Origin: Massalongia carnosa
Lineage: Eukaryota
Direction: 5' to 3'
DNA: 64,000 nucleotides
Assembly (NCBI GenBank): GCA_965645245.1
Contig: OZ287082.1
Span: forward strand, 1,550,001 to 1,614,000
Every line of letters starts with the position of its first letter. Position 1 is the first letter of the stretch. The notes under the pieces are model-generated. The model worked only from the letters and a program-made list of their open reading frames with translations, did no database searches and was not told the DNA's origin. The translations under genes and the position numbers were made by a program. Positions 1 to 10,912 of the stretch are shown one piece after another.

Positions 1-95
1 CGCATCATTTAAATTACTATTACATTTACTATCACATTAATATTCATTATCATGTCGTTAAAATTACTATTGCCGCTTTAATAAAGAGCTGAAAC

Positions 96-556
96 CTAGT
101 AATATCCTAATTGTTCTTGTACATCAATGTCAGACTCGTTGCCTCCATCAGTATCGTCTTCATCAAACGGCAGAAATTCTCTTTGCAAAGAAGAATCACC
201 TGTAACATCTGTGATAAATGTTGTCTCCGCCTCATCTTCATCTTCATCTTTATTATATACATGAGATTTAGTCTTTTTCGCTTTCTTTCTCTCTACTTCT
301 TGCCAAGTAACATCTGTTGCCTTCCAAATTGATTCGGGATCGGGAATAGGAATAAGATGCTTGGAGGAAATAGCAGGATCTTGTTTTGAAAGCTCCTTTA
401 TTTGTAGTAAACGATTTCTTTCTTGCTTTCGAGCAATCACTCCTTCGGCATATTTGGCGTCTCTTTCCATACGCCAAATCTTAATCCATGTCTGATACTG
501 CTTCTTTGCTTCTGTTTCTTTAGCTTGTTTTTCCTTTGCTGCAATCATCTTCTCAG
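96..556 (-). pseudogene. C-terminal fragment of a Fot1/pogo-family transposase
   Basis: The ORF (KIWRMERDAKYAEGVIARKQER...DPESIWKATD...FITD...YY*) parallels the C-terminus of the DDE_1 transposase at ~25019-28110 (RIWRIERNVIHIKGVVARKGKR...DPEAEWKKTN...FITD...YY*). It is cut off by an LTR at 557. Confidence 0.7.
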
Positions 557-1322
557 TGTAACGGTCCGACCAAGCGTGGTGCGGACGGCAGGACCTACAG
601 CGAACATAGCAGGAGTCCCAGTTATAGTAGAATAGAGCTTGGTCTGCGGACTAAGTATCGTGCCTTTTGGTCGGAAAGGACAGGTGGCGCAATAGTAGAA
701 ATCTATTCACGATCTCGCTTCGTCACAGATTACTTAGTCATCAATCGGTGTACTAGACGTGAGTTCGATTCCTGTCAAATTATATGATAACTAATCCTAA
801 ACATCAGTGGTAACTCAGGTTGATATATCCGAAGGGTTATTCCGGCCCGACTAGACACGTGGCCTCCCCTTAGATAGATTCCCACTTTTCCACATCCTCC
901 ACAACACAATCAACATCTACCCAATTCCCTGATTATGCCTTTTGACCCTTATATATTTGACAATTCCTGACCCGATTTCCTCGCTTTTTCGCCTTGCTTC
1001 GACGGACTAAAGCTAGGACGAAACGGGAAAGCGTTGGATGAAAAACTCTCTAAGTCGGATCGGCGAGGGCCGTACGCTAAGAAGAGCCCATTCTTTGGGG
1101 CTAACTATAACTGGAAGCGACTAGGGGCTAGCCGCAGCTAGACGGGCGGTAGTGTAACGGTTCAACCACGCGTGGTACGGACTGCAGGGCCTACAGCGAA
1201 CGTAGCAGGAGTCCCAGTTATAGTAGAATAGAGCTTGGTTAGCGGACTAAGTATTGTGCCTTTTGGTCGGGAGGAGATGTGGCGCAATGGTAGAAATCTA
1301 TTCACTATCTCGCTTCGTCACA
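557..1322 (+). mobile_element. Short non-autonomous LTR retroelement (TRIM-like)
   Basis: Two ~170-bp direct repeats TGTAACGG...CGTCACA (557-727, 1153-1322) flank a 425-bp non-coding interior. A purine-rich tract precedes the 3' LTR. No matching TSD (CTCAG vs ACGCT). Confidence 0.75.
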
Positions 1323-1644
1323 ACGCTCGATTCGGTTAAATGATATCAACGAAGAACTATTACAATTAATGATAATTCAAAAGTATTTCAGTGCTTTAAA
1401 CGAATTTATAATCTTTTTGCCGAAATTCGATATTCGACAACGCAACGTCAATACTTCGCTCGTAAGTTCTCTTCGTCTTGTTTTTCAATGTCTGTCATTG
1501 CTAAAGTCTAGTCTCGTAATCCGCAGTTCGATAAAATAACTCTGTCTCTCGTCACGTTCTTCGTCTTTTAATTATTATTCTCCGTATTCAATCTCAGGAA
1601 TCTCTCAATTATCAGTCGTGATAATTTGCTTTCAGCGAAAATCA
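1323..1644 (+). pseudogene. Heavily RIP-mutated Gypsy relic, gag part 1 (basal layer)
   Basis: Joined to 21573 it reads NLSIISRDNLLSAKI-TRRITKDLC*YCEKS, matching gag MDLSVSRHRGPLTPAEKSRRMNEGLCMYCGGS of the intact element. Confidence 0.65.
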
Positions 1645-2324
1645 CATCGGGAAATCGGTAGATGACTAATAGATCTTGATGATTAAATATTCGACTTTTT
1701 GGTTTCTTTAGTATTTATTCATTAACCTTTGGTCAGTTGCCTTTATCTATTGTACGTCTTGTCGTCATATTAGTCAGTGCAAACCTGCATTTCAACAAAT
1801 AATCGTCGCTCTGTCTTTACTTCTCGTCTCGATAAGCTTTATTATTCTCTGTACCTTGACCTTTTAACAATTCAGTCGTATATTATCCACTCTATTCTAT
1901 CTCTACGGCCTCTTTATCCGTCGCAGAGTTATTTTGGTTGTTCAGCTGCTCTCTTTACATGTCACATCGTCATACATTGACTTCGTTGCAGCTTTTGTAT
2001 CTTGCGTATAACATATCTTTATTATGCGTAACCCACCTTGCGTGTCTTATCGAAGATAATATTACGCATATTCAGTTCTCGAAGATCAATAGGAATCTAC
2101 ATCATTACGTGGTTGTGATTTTCATTATTCTTTGAATTGATGTTTATCTGTTACTTGATGACGAGAAAGCCTGCTTAATGCCTACAGAGCCCAAATCTTT
2201 ATTAAGCTCATCTGTTCTGGAACAACAGTCCCTCTTAGACGCAAGCCCTTCCTTATCCTACCAAAAAGCGCATACGTTTAGAAAACCAATTCTCTTTAAT
2301 CCTAACATAATACAACAGGTTACG

Positions 2325-2494
2325 TATGACGAAGCGAGATAGTGAATATATTTCTACCATTGCGCCACCTGTCCTCCCGACCAAAAGGCACAATAATTAG
2401 TCCGCAGACCAAGCTCTATTCTACTATAACTGGGACTCCTGCCATGTTCGCTGTAGGTCCTGCTGTCGAGACCACGCATAGTCGAACCGCTACA
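2325..2494 (-). mobile_element. Solo LTR, same family as 557-727
   Basis: Reverse-complement copy of the 170-bp LTR with a perfect TTACG TSD (2320-2324, 2495-2499). Confidence 0.9.
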
Positions 2495-2699
2495 TTACGT
2501 TATAATCCCGAACGTTAAGTTATAATCCCAAACATAAACGAAACACCCAATCCATCAAGTCTAAAGGATTCAAGAGCACATAAAGGTCTAGATATATGGG
2601 ACGTGCGATGGGGGGGCGCTCTCGGTCGCAATACAAATAGACTCGGTTGGTTATATTAACCTGACAAATAGAATCCACTACTTGATTGGTTCATCGGGA

Positions 2700-3110
2700 T
2701 ATAGATTACACATGCCACAGCTTCCTTCGTATGGACGGTTATCAAAGATAATATGGATGATCTTATCGATAGTGGACAAGAGGTGGTTTGGATAATAGTC
2801 AAAAGGTGGTATGGACGGTGGTCTGGATTGTGGTCAAAAAGTAATCTGGGGGGTGATCTGGATGGTAGATAAATGGTTGACGAAAGATGGTCTAGATGAT
2901 GTTCAAAAGGTGGTATAAGAGGTGAAAATTCAGTTCACGAAGAATATTGCGCAGGGCCGTTGCGGAGCGTCGATGAGCAGGTCTGGGGCAGGAGTTGGGC
3001 TTTTCGGGGGTGCTTACTATATTCAGTACTATCGTCTCCGCAAAGAATACTGTTGTTTTCTGCTATGTCAACCGTTTTCAACGCTACAGGTCTGAAGTGC
3101 CACAGACTCG
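2700..3110 (+). mobile_element. Non-autonomous Helitron 3' fragment (left boundary approximate)
   Basis: GTGGTCTGG-type repeats and GCGCAGGGCCGTTGCGGAGCG are reverse complements of 14290-15800. It ends CAGGTCTGAAGTGCCACAGACTCG followed by T, like the ends at 14169 and 16264. Confidence 0.7.
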
Positions 3111-3166
3111 TTGCCGCTTCCATGATACCTGGTAACTATTGTTACAGGTGAACGGATATCATTATA

Positions 3167-3467
3167 CTATTCCCCCCCCTGAACAATCTTGAAAACATGG
3201 GATTTTGCAAGGGCGGTACGGGGGTATGTGCTAGGGTGAAAACGGGCGTGGATACAGGCTTGTCGCCAATCAGAGAGTCGAATCTTCTGGATATTTGGGG
3301 ACGGAGGTAAAATCACTAAGGGATTCGCTGTAGGGCTGTAAAGTAAAAAATATTTACATGTCCTGATTGGCTCGAAGCGCTGGTTTTCCACCCAAGTGCT
3401 GTCAAGTCATCACTCCCGTCCTCCCCTTGCAAAAAACCCATGTTTTCAAGATTGTTCAGGGGGGTAG
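3167..3467. mobile_element. MITE, Tc1/mariner-type
   Basis: ~55-bp TIRs (CTA(T/C)CCCCCCTGAACAATCTTGAAAACATGGG..TTGCAAGGG), TA on both sides, 301 bp, no credible ORF. Confidence 0.85.
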
Positions 3468-3537
3468 TAAGTATGTGAGGTTGGACATACTGAACCTTTC
3501 AGAGAGATGATGGGTAAGCTAACACCAACTAAGCCTA

Positions 3538-3650
3538 ATCTAACAGCTAACAGGGTTTTCTTGATCTAACAGGATTTTCTTGATCTAACAGGGTTTTTCT
3601 GATCTAACAGGGTTTTCTTGATCTAACAGGGGCTGTTTTAATCTAACAGG
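3538..3650. repeat. 19-20-bp tandem repeat (CTAACAGGGTTTTCTTGAT)n inside the TIR element
   Basis: About 5 units here and fewer at the homologous site 38905-38978. Confidence 0.85.
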
Positions 3651-4419
3651 AACCGTTAGCATATCATAACAAAGTCAACGATCCTAACACGCTAGATTTG
3701 GTTGCAATGGCAAATTTGGTCCTTTTACTTTTCGCGTCGATCTCTTCTATATTGCTCGTTTCCCAAATCCACAGGAATTGCATATTCCTTGTTGCTTCTT
3801 TTATTTCACTATGTCAACATCAAAGGCAACCACTATCAACAACCCACAAAGAATCATAAGGTACGAACCTCCCCAGGATGTATAGAAACCAACGCGTATC
3901 GGCTGACTTTGCTTTTCCTTCGAGAACTATCAGGATTTTGATGATTCGCCTTCCAGGAAGAATTGCCTACATTGACACAACTTAAACGCTCCCGTGCACA
4001 ATTTGATTGGAATAACACTTACGCAGACAACAAACGCTCACATCGCCTGTCTTGTGTGGACGAGTTGGCTGAATCTAGTACTGGCAACGACTCATGCGAT
4101 GCGAGTTTCCAGCCGAGTGTAAATAGTACAGTCATGAATGCATGTATTGTCACGGTACTGCCTCGCTAGCACCCGAATCGAGTCACGGCGCTAAGGCTTG
4201 AATGATAAGCGAGGGCTAGGCTCAGCATGGTTAGCGAGATCAACGGAAAGATTATATCTTTGCTTTCGCTGTTGAGATTTTCTTTCTTCCTTGTCGAACG
4301 TCTTGTAAATATCCGATAGCCTACATATAGCAAAGACTTCGTACCACCTGATCTTATCTCATTGAGTCCTTCTCGTCACACTACGTTCGACCTACCCTAT
4401 CAGCTGGTACGCCTTTGCC

Positions 4420-5598
4420 ATGGCCGAAGCATCGCCCCCGTCCCCATACATCGTTCCAACTCCTCCCGTTTCCGTGGGTTCTGCGGAAAATTTGTTGTCC
4501 GCAGTTCAATCTAATCCCATAACCTGGTATGAGTATATGCAGCGCCTGGATCTATTCGCCCACGATGCCAGTACGCATCTGGATACCAATGATCGCGATT
4601 TAGCAGAGGCGAATCACGCGATCCTAGATTTGAACAACAGACTGGCTGGCAGTAACGCGATAGCTGCCGAGCTTCGTGAACAAATACGATCCGCCCCCAC
4701 CGCAGTCGCACATTCATCTCCGCGTTCAGAGAAACATCCTGATCCGCCTATGTACGGCGGAGACAGAGCCGAATTACGCACATGGACTACTCAGCTGCGT
4801 CTGAAACTCTTGATGAACGCAGATCGATACCCCACCATGCCAGGAAAATTAGCGTACGCGATAAGTCGTCTCAAGGATACGGCCTTGTATCAGATACGTC
4901 CTTATATCAAGGATGACGACACTATCGATCTGCGCGATGTTAGCGAGCTGATTACCAAGCTGGAGCTGGCCTTCGGTGATCCGGACAGAAAGGCCACCGC
5001 ACAGCGAGAACTTCGTCGCCTCCAGCAAGCAAACCGAGAATTCCATGTATATCTGGCCGAGTATCAGCGGTTGATCCCCGATACTGGATACAACGAAGAG
5101 GCGAAACGATCGATCCTGCTAGAAGGCATTAGTAATGAGCTAAAAAGCGCCATCCTGACGCTTGATCTTCCGACCGACCTAGACGAGGTCATTCAGATTC
5201 TCCAGAAGATCGACAACCGCTACCGCGCCACCCAGGCCTCCATCCGCAAAGCTGGGACTGTCTTTAGCAACACATCACGATCTAGCTCTGCACCCACTAT
5301 CGCCGCTGTCAGCAAACCCACACCCGCTCCCGCTCCCACCGTCACCACCACCACCAAAATCTCCGCACCCCCCTCCTCTGACGCCATGGATCTATCAGTA
5401 TCTCGTCATCGAGGCCCTCTTACCCCCGCCGAGAAATCACGAAGAATGAACGAAGGATTGTGCATGTATTGCGGGGGATCTGGACATTTTGCGCAATCCT
5501 GCCCGCTATCCTCGTCCAAAACACGCCCGCGATTCCAAGTCTCTGAAATGGAACAGAAGACTCTTGATTTGGGGGGAAAAGTACAGTCTCCGAACTAA
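4420..5598 (+). CDS. gag: Gag protein
   Basis: 392-aa ORF with a retrotransposon capsid-like region and the zinc knuckle CMYCGGSGHFAQSC. Confidence 0.95.
   Translation: MAEASPPSPYIVPTPPVSVGSAENLLSAVQSNPITWYEYMQRLDLFAHDASTHLDTNDRDLAEANHAILDLNNRLAGSNAIAAELREQIRSAPTAVAHSSPRSEKHPDPPMYGGDRAELRTWTTQLRLKLLMNADRYPTMPGKLAYAISRLKDTALYQIRPYIKDDDTIDLRDVSELITKLELAFGDPDRKATAQRELRRLQQANREFHVYLAEYQRLIPDTGYNEEAKRSILLEGISNELKSAILTLDLPTDLDEVIQILQKIDNRYRATQASIRKAGTVFSNTSRSSSAPTIAAVSKPTPAPAPTVTTTTKISAPPSSDAMDLSVSRHRGPLTPAEKSRRMNEGLCMYCGGSGHFAQSCPLSSSKTRPRFQVSEMEQKTLDLGGKVQSPN
5574..5580 (+). promoter_or_regulatory. -1 ribosomal frameshift heptamer G GGA AAA
   Basis: The pol frame is -1 to gag and open only from 5568 (TGA at 5565). 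The heptamer lies in the overlap before the gag stop at 5598. Confidence 0.8.
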
Positions 5599-8500
5599 GT
5601 CGCGTTTGGAGACCAACACGGAACAAGTGTATTTCAATATCAGCATTTTCCTTGTCCACCAAACCTTTGCCAGAAGAAGAATTAGATGGCAAACATTTGG
5701 TGATATCAATGGTTGTATCCATAGGTAATCGTCAAATAAAGACCTATGCACTAGTTGACTGTGGAGCATCTGGTTTTGCTTTTATTGACTCTTCGTTCGC
5801 GCGCCGTCATTCCCTGCCCCTATCCCCCTTGAAGCAATCTCGTATCCTCGAATTAGCCGATGGACAACCCATCTCCTCTGGTGAAATCACTCACCTAGCC
5901 AAGTTACGTCTTCAAATCGCCACGCATTCCGAGCCCGCCAACCTTCTCGTCACCAATTTGGGCCACTACCCCATCGTTCTAGGGATCAAGTGGCTACAGA
6001 TACACGACACCAGCATACGATGGGCTGGAAACACTCTCTCGTTCACGTCACCATACTGTCTTCAGCACTGCCTCGAAAATCATAAACCCAACACTGTCGT
6101 CGGAATAAGCAACGTTCCAGAACTTCGTGCAGAGAAGGAGCACCCCGCCGCAGTCATGAAAGTCACTAGTCCGGAACAACGAACATCCGCTTCAGACCAG
6201 CCCGGCCGGTCTGAAGGAAAGGGCGCTAAATTGAAGAGGTCTAGCGCTCCCTCCTTCGACCAATCAGATCCAGACCCAAGACCCAAGACCCCGCCCGAGA
6301 CCGAGAAACCTGAGACCGAGAAACCTGAGACCGAGAAACCCGAGATCAAGAAACCCCTGAATATCTGCATGATAGGAGCCGCCCCTTTTGTCCGTCTTGC
6401 GCGGAAAAAGGACTGCGAACTATTTACCGTGAACCTTAGAGACATTGAACGAGCCCTGACCCCGAAACCGGAAGTTGATCCCGCTACAATATTGCCGCCG
6501 GAGTATCACGAATTTCTTGATGTATTTTCCAAGAATGAAGCTGATAAACTGCCCGAACGCCGTAGCTATGACCTCACTATTCCGCTGATGGAAGGGAAAG
6601 AACCCACGTATGGACCCTTGTATGGCATGAGCCGAGATGAATTGCTGGTACTGCAGAAGTATCTTACCGAGAATTTGGAGAAAGGATTTATTCGTTCAAG
6701 TTCTTCCCCCGCCGCGTCCCCAGTACTGTTTGTCAAAAAGCCGGGCGGAGGCCTGCGCTTTTGCGTTGATTATAGAGCATTGAACGCTATGACTATCAAA
6801 AACAGATATCCCCTGCCCCTGATCAGAGAAACTCTAGACCGCCTGAGTAAAGTATGCATTTTTACTAAGCTAGATATAGTCGCCGCATTTAATCGCCTTC
6901 GTATGGCCTATGGAGAGGAGTGGAAAACCGCCTTTCGGACAAGATACGGTTTGTTTGAATATCTCGTTATGCCCTTCGGTCTCGCCAATGCACCCAGTTC
7001 GTTTCAGCATTATATCAATGATGTTTTACGAGAATATCTCGATATATTCTGTACCGCTTATATCGACGATATATTAATCTACAGTAGTTCCATGAAAGAA
7101 CATAAGGGTCATGTCACCAAAGTTTTGAAGGCTCTGCAAAAAGCGGGGTTACAACTGGATATTTCGAAATGCGAATTCCATGTAACGGAGACAATATATC
7201 TTGGATTTATTATTTCGGATAAAGGCATAAAAATGGACCCTAAGAAAATAGAGACCATAAAGAACTGGAATACCCCGGAGAACCTCAAGGATGTGCAGGC
7301 GTTTATAGGATTTGCGAATTTCTACAGACGGTTTGTGAAATCCTTTTCAAAGATCGCTGCCCCCCTCACCGCTATGTCCAAAAAGATTACGCCATTCGTG
7401 TGGACCGAAGAGTGTGCAAAGGCCTTTAAAATCTTAAAGGATGTGTTCTCCAGTGACACCATACTAATTCATTTCGACCCCGATAAGGAAAGCATAGTGG
7501 AAACAGATTCTTCCGACTATATAAGCGCAGGAGTACTATCGCAGTATGAGGTAGAGGGTGTACTTAAACCAGTAGCCTTCTTTTCCAAAAGACTATCGCC
7601 AGCGGAGTGTAATTATGAAATCTATGATAAAGAACTTCTGGCCATTATCAGAGCTTTTGAAGAATGGAGACCCGAATTGCAAGGAGCAGCACATCCAGTA
7701 AAGGTAATAACAGACCATAAGAATCTCGAGTATTTCACTACCACCAAGCAACTCAGCAGGCGCCAGGCAAGATGGGCCGAATTTTTATCACGATTCGACT
7801 TTAAGATAGGTTACAGACCAGGGAAACAAGGAGAAAAACCAGATTCTTTGACTAGAAGATCAGGAGATCTTCCTAAAGAGGGGGACCTGAGACTGGAACA
7901 TCAGAATCAGGTGGTACTAAAACCCCATAATTTCGAACTTCTGGCTAATAATCTGCTTCGCCTGACCGATATTACCAACGATGACGCTGATACGGATAAT
8001 GATCTAGAAACCGAACATGAAGACTCCGAGAAATCTATCGAGGAATTGATGAATCAAGGATACGAGCTGGACCCATTCCCCAATAGCATTTTGACTCTTC
8101 TTCGAAACGGTGCTAGCCATAGCAAGGATATAACTCTGGCCGAATGCGAAGACCGAGATGGGAGACTATATTACCGCGAACGCCTATACGTACCCGATTT
8201 CCATGATTTGAGACTCAGACTATGCAAGGAACACCACGATAGCCCTGTCGCCGGTCATCCCGGTAGAGCCAAAACTTTCGGTTTGCTATCTCGAACTTAT
8301 TATTGGCCCCAGTACCATCATTTCGTAGCACGATACGTACAGAACTGTCACGTATGTTCTCGTAGCAAAGCTTCCCGTCATCCAAAGTACGGTGTGTTAA
8401 GACCTCTGCCCATTCCTCAGCAACGCTGGAGAGATATTTCCATGGACTTTGTAAGCGGCATACCCGAATCCGGTAGTGACAAGAAAGACGCAATCCTGGT

Positions 8501-9521
8501 TGTAGTTGATCGACTCACCAAGATGAAGCATTACATACCGTGCAAAGAGACTACCAACGCTCACGAGTTAGCCAAGTTGTATCTGCAGAATGTATGGAAA
8601 TTACACGGCCTGCCCGAATCAATAGTCTCGGATCGCGGAGGGCAGTTCATCTCGGAATTCTGGAAGGCTCTATGTGAAAGACTAGGAATTAAGTCGGCCC
8701 TATCCACATCCTTTCACCCGGAGACAGATGGCCAAACGGAACGATTCAATGCAGTCATGGAATCATATTTAAGAGGCTACGTAAATTACATGCAAGATGA
8801 CTGGGAAGAATGGCTACCAATGGCAGAGTTCACTAGCAACAATGTTGATTCCGAGACCACTACGACAAGTCCCTTTTTAGCGAATTATGGCTTCCACCCC
8901 CGTCTAGGTTTCGAACCTCTCTCTCGCACCAACAACTCCCCAGAGCTCACCAATGCTGATGAATTTGCTACCAAGATGGAAGAGATTAATGCCCACCTTC
9001 AAAATGAAATGCGATTGGCTCAAGCTCGGTATGAATCCACTGCTAATTATCATAGAACCCCCGCACCGTCGTTTCTCGTAGGAGACGAAGTCTGGTTGAA
9101 TGCTAAGAACATCAAAACCAAGCGACCTTCTAAAAAGCTGGATTGGAAGAAGTTAGGAAGATTTACCATCAAGCGAGTAGTAAGTAAGTATGCTTACGAA
9201 CTTGATCTCCCTACCTCTATGAAAATACACCCTGTATTCCACGTTTCTCTGCTAGAGCCGGTTGCTCAGAACCCACACGATGGCCAAATTCCTCCACCTG
9301 CCCCGCCGGTTGAAGTTGAAGGTGAAGAAGAGTGGGAGGTGGAGAGTATTCTTGATTCGAGATTTTTCCGAAGACGACTGCAATATCTTGTTAAGTGGGC
9401 CGGCCATGACGCACCTAGTTGGAATGAAGAAAAGGACATCACTCACTGCGAAGATTTATTACGAGAATATCACCAACTGAGGCCTACCAAACCTAGAGGT
9501 TCTCGCGGAGCTCGAACCTAA
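5577..9521 (+). CDS. pol: Pol polyprotein PR-RT-RNaseH-integrase-chromodomain
   Basis: LVDCGAS (protease), YIDD (RT), ETDSSD..YDKELLAI (RNase H), HHCC plus DF..SDRG..QTE (integrase), WEVESILDSR..YLVKW (chromodomain). Uninterrupted. Confidence 0.97.
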   Translation, partial: KSTVSELSRVWRPTRNKCISISAFSLSTKPLPEEELDGKHLVISMVVSIGNRQIKTYALVDCGASGFAFIDSSFARRHSLPLSPLKQSRILELADGQPISSGEITHLAKLRLQIATHSEPANLLVTNLGHYPIVLGIKWLQIHDTSIRWAGNTLSFTSPYCLQHCLENHKPNTVVGISNVPELRAEKEHPAAVMKVTSPEQRTSASDQPGRSEGKGAKLKRSSAPSFDQSDPDPRPKTPPETEKPETEKPETEKPEIKKPLNICMIGAAPFVRLARKKDCELFTVNLRDIERALTPKPEVDPATILPPEYHEFLDVFSKNEADKLPERRSYDLTIPLMEGKEPTYGPLYGMSRDELLVLQKYLTENLEKGFIRSSSSPAASPVLFVKKPGGGLRFCVDYRALNAMTIKNRYPLPLIRETLDRLSKVCIFTKLDIVAAFNRLRMAYGEEWKTAFRTRYGLFEYLVMPFGLANAPSSFQHYINDVLREYLDIFCTAYIDDILIYSSSMKEHKGHVTKVLKALQKAGLQLDISKCEFHVTETIYLGFIISDKGIKMDPKKIETIKNWNTPENLKDVQAFIGFANFYRRFVKSFSKIAAPLTAMSKKITPFVWTEECAKAFKILKDVFSSDTILIHFDPDKESIVETDSSDYISAGVLSQYEVEGVLKPVAFFSKRLSPAECNYEIYDKELLAIIRAFEEWRPELQGAAHPVKVITDHKNLEYFTTTKQLSRRQARWAEFLSRFDFKIGYRPGKQGEKPDSLTRRSGDLPKEGDLRLEHQNQVVLKPHNFELLANNLLRLTDITNDDADTDNDLETEHEDSEKSIEELMNQGYELDPFPNSILTLLRNGASHSKDITLAECEDRDGRLYYRERLYVPDFHDLRLRLCKEHHDSPVAGHPGRAKTFGLLSRTYYWPQYHHFVARYVQNCHVCSRSKASRHPKYGVLRPLPIPQQRWRDISMDFVSGIPESGSDKKDAILVVVDRLTKMKHYIPCKETTNAHELAKLYLQNVWKLHGLPESIVSDRGGQFISEFWKALCERLGIKSALSTSFHPETDGQTERFNAVMESYLRGYVNYMQDDWEEWLPMAEFTSNNVDSETTTTSPFLANYGFHPRLGFEPLSRTNNSPELTNADEFATKMEEINAHLQNEMRLAQARYESTANYHRTPAPSFLVGDEVWLNAKNIKTKRPSKKLDWKKLGRFTIKRVVSKYAYELDLPTSMKIHPVFHVSLLEPVAQNPHDGQIPPPAPPVEVEGEEEWEVESILDSRFFRRRLQYLVKWAGHDAPSWNEEKDITHCEDLLREYHQLRPTKPRGSRGART

Positions 9522-9788
9522 AGAGGAGACCTGATGTCACGGTACTGCCTCGCTAGCACCCGAATCGAGTCACGGCGCTAAGGCTTGAATGATAAGCGAG
9601 GGCTAGGCTCAGCATGGTTAGCGAGATCAACGGAAAGATTATATCTTTGCTTTCGCTGTTGAGATTTTCTTTCTTCCTTGTCGAACGTCTTGTAAATATC
9701 CGATAGCCTACATATAGCAAAGACTTCGTACCACCTGATCTTATCTCATTGAGTCCTTCTCGTCACATGTATCGGGTTCTGACTTAGA

Positions 9789-10612
9789 ACAGAAAACGCC
9801 GATAACTAAGTATATTGCGAGGACATTACGGGCCGGCGCAGGCCGCGGTATTCAATACATCTCAAGTTCTCCATCTTGAAGGAGCTCCGTACGAAGAGAA
9901 ACGTTCCCCTCGTCTCCACCGAGAAACCCTTCCCGTGCGCTGGATAATATCTTGTCGCCTTCACAAATACGCACTCGTCGGGGTTTGCCTGCGATACTCT
10001 CCTCGCAAACTCTCGAGATCTCAAAGGTCCTCCCGATCAAGTCTACTTCCGGCATAAGGGCTGGCATAACGGAGAACGAGATAGTCTCCGAAATAAAAAA
10101 AATATATATGCTTATAGTTTACTCTAGGGTGACATATCAAGGCGAACCAAGTTCAACTCTAGCCCTGCTCATCAACCAATACTATGTGCCATGATTCCTT
10201 TTTTTCAACGCTCTGATAACGTCCGGACACGCGGTTGAATTATGTTCGCCTTGGGCGAACACACAGAAGCCTCGATTGAGCAAATTAATGAGTCGTACTT
10301 GGCAGGACCTTGCGAAGCGTCTCGGTGACCTTCCTGGTAACCTTCCTGGCAACCGGAACGTCGACGTAGCAGAGCCTCCCACCGCCAATGAGGCTCGGAG
10401 GGTAGGTGAGGTCTTGCTTACAACGGATTTGTACAAATAAAAACTAATCTGAGAATAGATTTATGATTCGACAACGGATTTTCGATCTCAAATGTTGAGC
10501 AAAGTGAGATTGCTTGTGGCTAACAAATACCCGTTCTCAGTTCAGAGCGACTGTCGAATATTCGTGTCCACTTTGCTAGACGATCTTCATTTTCTGTGCG
10601 AAGATTTATCAA
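9789..10612 (+). pseudogene. Upstream exons of the DUF6532-like cargo gene, copy 1
   Basis: Homologous to 39496-40304. A GTAGGT..CTAAT..TAG intron is followed by IYDSTTDFRSQMLSKVRLLVANKYPF..LLDDLHFLCEDL. Confidence 0.55.
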
Positions 10613-10912
10613 CGGTTATTATGTCCTAGTTATCTTGATACGAGACCGTGCTATCTCAGAACTGAGATTTTCGAGCCGATTTCGAGCTTTTACAATCGAT
10701 ACAATTCGTATGCAATACAATATTATCTATTTACTTAGCGGAAAATGTCACACTTGATTACTCGGACGATAAATTTTTGATATCGGTACAATAGAGTTGT
10801 GGTCTATTTTGCAATTGAAAAAATTTTTATGTGACATGATACGTATATCATCATAAACTTAAAGCATGATTCGGAAGAACATGAGTTACTATATCATGTT
10901 GCAATCGCATAA

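Larger units (their letters stand above)
4148..9767 (+). mobile_element. Intact Ty3/Gypsy chromovirus LTR retrotransposon (MAGGY/Tf1-like)
   Basis: LTRs 4148-4380 and 9535-9767 (233 bp, TG..CA, no differences seen). TSD TGTAT (4143-4147, 9768-9772); empty site GCATGTATCGG at ~39474-39484. PPT AAAGAGGAGA before the 3' LTR. Confidence 0.98.
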
